IMG/VR virus record: IMGVR_UViG_3300045988_165035
Span: 1-50,366 of that record
Source: a virus
Reading direction: 5' to 3' (one strand)
DNA length: 50,366 nucleotides
The position numbers and the translations under genes are program-made. Positions 48,927 through 50,366 of the stretch are shown here, piece after piece. The notes below the pieces were generated by a model. The model was not told where the DNA came from. It was given only the letters and a program-made list of their open reading frames with translations, and did no database searches. Positions within the stretch are counted from its first letter, which is position 1; each line of letters opens with the position of its first letter.

Positions 48927-49739
48927 CTAAAAACTTCCGTCGGGGTTGATCCCGCGGTGGTAGTCGATCGGTGGAATATCGACTGGGGATTTGGGCGCCG
49001 CGGAGCGGTTGTTCCGCCCATGCAGGTACTCCGCCTGAAAAGATGACCATCCGTTTTCAAGCTGAATGCAGATTGCTTCACCCGTGGTAATCCCGGCGGT
49101 GTGAGCTTCGCGAACAAGGGCGTCCGCCATCCGCTGCGTGCAATCCTTCGATTTCTTTTTCTTGAAGGCGACCCAGTCTTCCCAGTCTTTGTCCGAACAG
49201 TCCTCCGGCTTTTCGAGTTTAGAAAGGAGGGACTTTGCGGTTTCGCGTTTCGGCGTTTTTTCCTGAGAATCCCCCTCTTGCGACTCAAGCTGAAAAGCCC
49301 TATCTTCTTTATTTATTTCTTGGTTATTGGTTATTGGTTTATGGTTATTGGTTAGGATTCCAATTGCATTGCAAGTGCTTTCCATTTGCTTTGCATTTGG
49401 ATATGCACTTGCATCAAAATCGGGCTTTTTTGCCCATCTTGACGCCGCCGCGTTCTTTCGCTTAACGGACACGGACTGAGCTTTTTTGATTTCTTCGTCG
49501 CAACGAGCCTGGTGGTACCCCGCTTCATCCAAAGTGAAGAATCTTTGCAGGACGTATTGCATGGCCTCTTGCTCTACAGGTGCATATCCACGTGCAATGC
49601 GTTTGCATTCGTCTTGCATGAGCGGACGTTCTTCTTTGTAGTACCGGACGAGCAAATCCATATAAACGCCACGCTCAGTTGGCGTCAGATCAAGCGTCCC
49701 GGCGATCCAGTCGCCTAAATGAAGCTGTACGTAGTTCAT
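48927..49739 (-). CDS. Replication initiation-associated protein (DUF1376/YdaU-like N-domain)
   Basis: HLGDWIAGTLDLTPTERGVYMDLLVRYYKEERPL...VLQRFF matches DUF1376. An iteron array is embedded in the linker-coding part. Confidence 0.65.
   Translation of the reverse strand: MNYVQLHLGDWIAGTLDLTPTERGVYMDLLVRYYKEERPLMQDECKRIARGYAPVEQEAMQYVLQRFFTLDEAGYHQARCDEEIKKAQSVSVKRKNAAASRWAKKPDFDASAYPNAKQMESTCNAIGILTNNHKPITNNQEINKEDRAFQLESQEGDSQEKTPKRETAKSLLSKLEKPEDCSDKDWEDWVAFKKKKSKDCTQRMADALVREAHTAGITTGEAICIQLENGWSSFQAEYLHGRNNRSAAPKSPVDIPPIDYHRGINPDGSF
49321..49355. repeat. Five tandem heptads GGTTATT/GGTTTAT/GGTTAGG (candidate ori iterons) inside the initiator gene
   Basis: The G of GGTTA falls at 49321, 49328, 49335, 49342 and 49349. 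An AT-rich stretch lies 5' of the array and a 9-bp inverted repeat TGCAAGTGC/GCACTTGCA (49369-49412) lies 3' of it. Confidence 0.6.
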
Positions 49740-49749
49740 GGTGACGTCC

Positions 49750-49986
49750 TTATTTCTCAGGCCCGTCGATCAAATCCCAGTCCAAATCTGGACGCAGTTC
49801 ATACCGAGTAACCCGGTTTTTCGTGACTGCTTGAAGTTTTTTAACGAGATCGACCGATGGCTTTTTCTTCGTGTTCTGGCTGATTAGGTTGTAGAAGTAC
49901 TGACGCGAAATATCGCAACGTTCGTACACAGCCTTCTTTTCAACCGCTGACAACCGCCGAAAATATTGCGCAGCAGATGGAAGCAT
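49750..49986 (-). CDS. Cro/YdaS-like HTH regulator
   Basis: Divergent from the repressor gene. ...YFYNLISQ...VKKLQAVTKNRVTRYELRPDLDWDLI resembles YdaS/Cro family proteins. Confidence 0.6.
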   Translation of the reverse strand: MLPSAAQYFRRLSAVEKKAVYERCDISRQYFYNLISQNTKKKPSVDLVKKLQAVTKNRVTRYELRPDLDWDLIDGPEK

Positions 49987-50000
49987 TGGTGGTTATCCCC

Positions 50001-50052
50001 TTGGTTAAGTTGTTGGTGAGTAATAATAGCTCATAGGGGAAACTTTTATCAA
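50001..50052 (-). promoter_or_regulatory. Candidate lytic (PR-like) promoter with operator-like repeats
   Basis: The minus strand reads TTGATA (50052-50047), 18 nt, TATTAT (50028-50023). TTGGTTAA (50001) and TTGGTGAG (50013), 12 bp apart, lie between the -10 box and the cro-like ATG. Confidence 0.5.
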
Positions 50053-50131
50053 CTCTTTGGGTGATTTTCGTGGCTTGACATGTTGCCTTATCATTAACCC
50101 GTTTTCTACCCCAGAGAGGAAAGGAGGCGTA

Positions 50132-50366
50132 ATGTCGACAGATATTGCAGACCGGCGGCGGAGCAACCTTGATAAGATTGCTCAAAAAATTGGAGGGCGT
50201 GCCGTCTTAGCAAAAAAATGCGGCAAATCCATTCAACAAATATCGGGAATGCTGACCGGAGCTAAGTCTTTCGGCGAGCGTATCGCTCGAAACATTGAAG
50301 CCTCGCTAGGAATTCCCCCCGGTACACTGGACGCCGAATGCCCAAATATTCAGATCGAAAAAAAAT
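50132..50366 (+). CDS. CI/LexA-like repressor, N-terminal HTH part (continues at base 3 across the junction)
   Basis: AAGGAGG lies 4 nt upstream. XRE-type HTH LDKIAQKIGGRAVLAKKCGKSIQQISGMLTG. The ORF runs off the window end in frame with 3..512. Confidence 0.8.
   Translation, partial: MSTDIADRRRSNLDKIAQKIGGRAVLAKKCGKSIQQISGMLTGAKSFGERIARNIEASLGIPPGTLDAECPNIQIEKK

Noticed and set aside
49940-50185. 81-aa minus-strand ORF spanning the repressor/cro intergenic switch.
   Set aside because: It overlaps both divergent gene starts and the promoter and operator region. It has no ribosome-binding site and is spurious.
1-50366. Search for CRISPR arrays, tRNA or rRNA genes, reverse transcriptase (retron or DGR), transposases and IS elements.
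   Set aside because: By eye I found no regularly spaced repeat-spacer array, no cloverleaf-compatible sequence, no RT (YxDD) or DDE/transposase-like ORF. The only mobile element recognised is the intein with its nested endonuclease gene.

Overview
The window is a complete, circularly closed genome of a temperate, contractile-tailed phage or prophage. Bases 1-75 repeat exactly at 50292-50366, so the unique length is 50291 bp. Rz/Rz1-type spanins, GGAG-type ribosome-binding sites and sigma70-like -35/-10 boxes point to a Gram-negative host. GC looks mid-50s % by eye.

Layout:
- A CI-like repressor gene spans the circular junction (50132..50366 plus 3..512). It faces a divergent Cro-like gene at 49750..49986.
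- A rightward early operon (718-7946) carries small unknown genes, a Sak4-like ATPase, an SSB-like protein, several DUF551-like proteins and an excisionase-like HTH protein.
- An AT-richer accessory region (7999-10043) lies next to a P4-type tyrosine integrase (10083..11393) and an attP-like repeat region.
- One long minus-strand block follows. It holds replication and early genes (49739 down to 42135: DUF1376-type initiator with internal iterons, C5-methyltransferase, DnaC-like loader, MmcB-like nuclease, RusA). Next come a Q-like antiterminator, a secreted-protein moron, a ParB-methyltransferase and terS. An ADP-ribosyltransferase cassette sits between terS and terL. The block continues with the portal, a MuF-like head protein, the DUF2213/DUF2184 head module, sheath, tube, G/GT chaperones, tape measure, baseplate and a multi-gene fibre locus. 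A lysis cassette (holin, Com-like Zn-ribbon, GH24 endolysin, embedded spanins) closes it.

Most unusual observations:
1. The MuF-like head-morphogenesis gene is interrupted, exactly at its conserved CRC motif, by a 325-aa Hint-type intein. The central region of that intein carries, on the opposite strand and in codon register, a complete HTH-HTH-PD-(D/E)xK homing-endonuclease-like ORF. This looks like a dual-coding intein with an antisense homing-endonuclease gene.
2. The ParB-methyltransferase is frame-broken at a G10 tract, which is either a phase-variation candidate or a homopolymer error.
3. The CI-type repressor has both S24 catalytic residues substituted.
4. An R-S-E ADP-ribosyltransferase cassette separates terS from terL.
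5. A 665-bp ORF-free, hairpin-dense region sits inside the early operon.

All functional calls come from motif recognition by eye. No database search was run.
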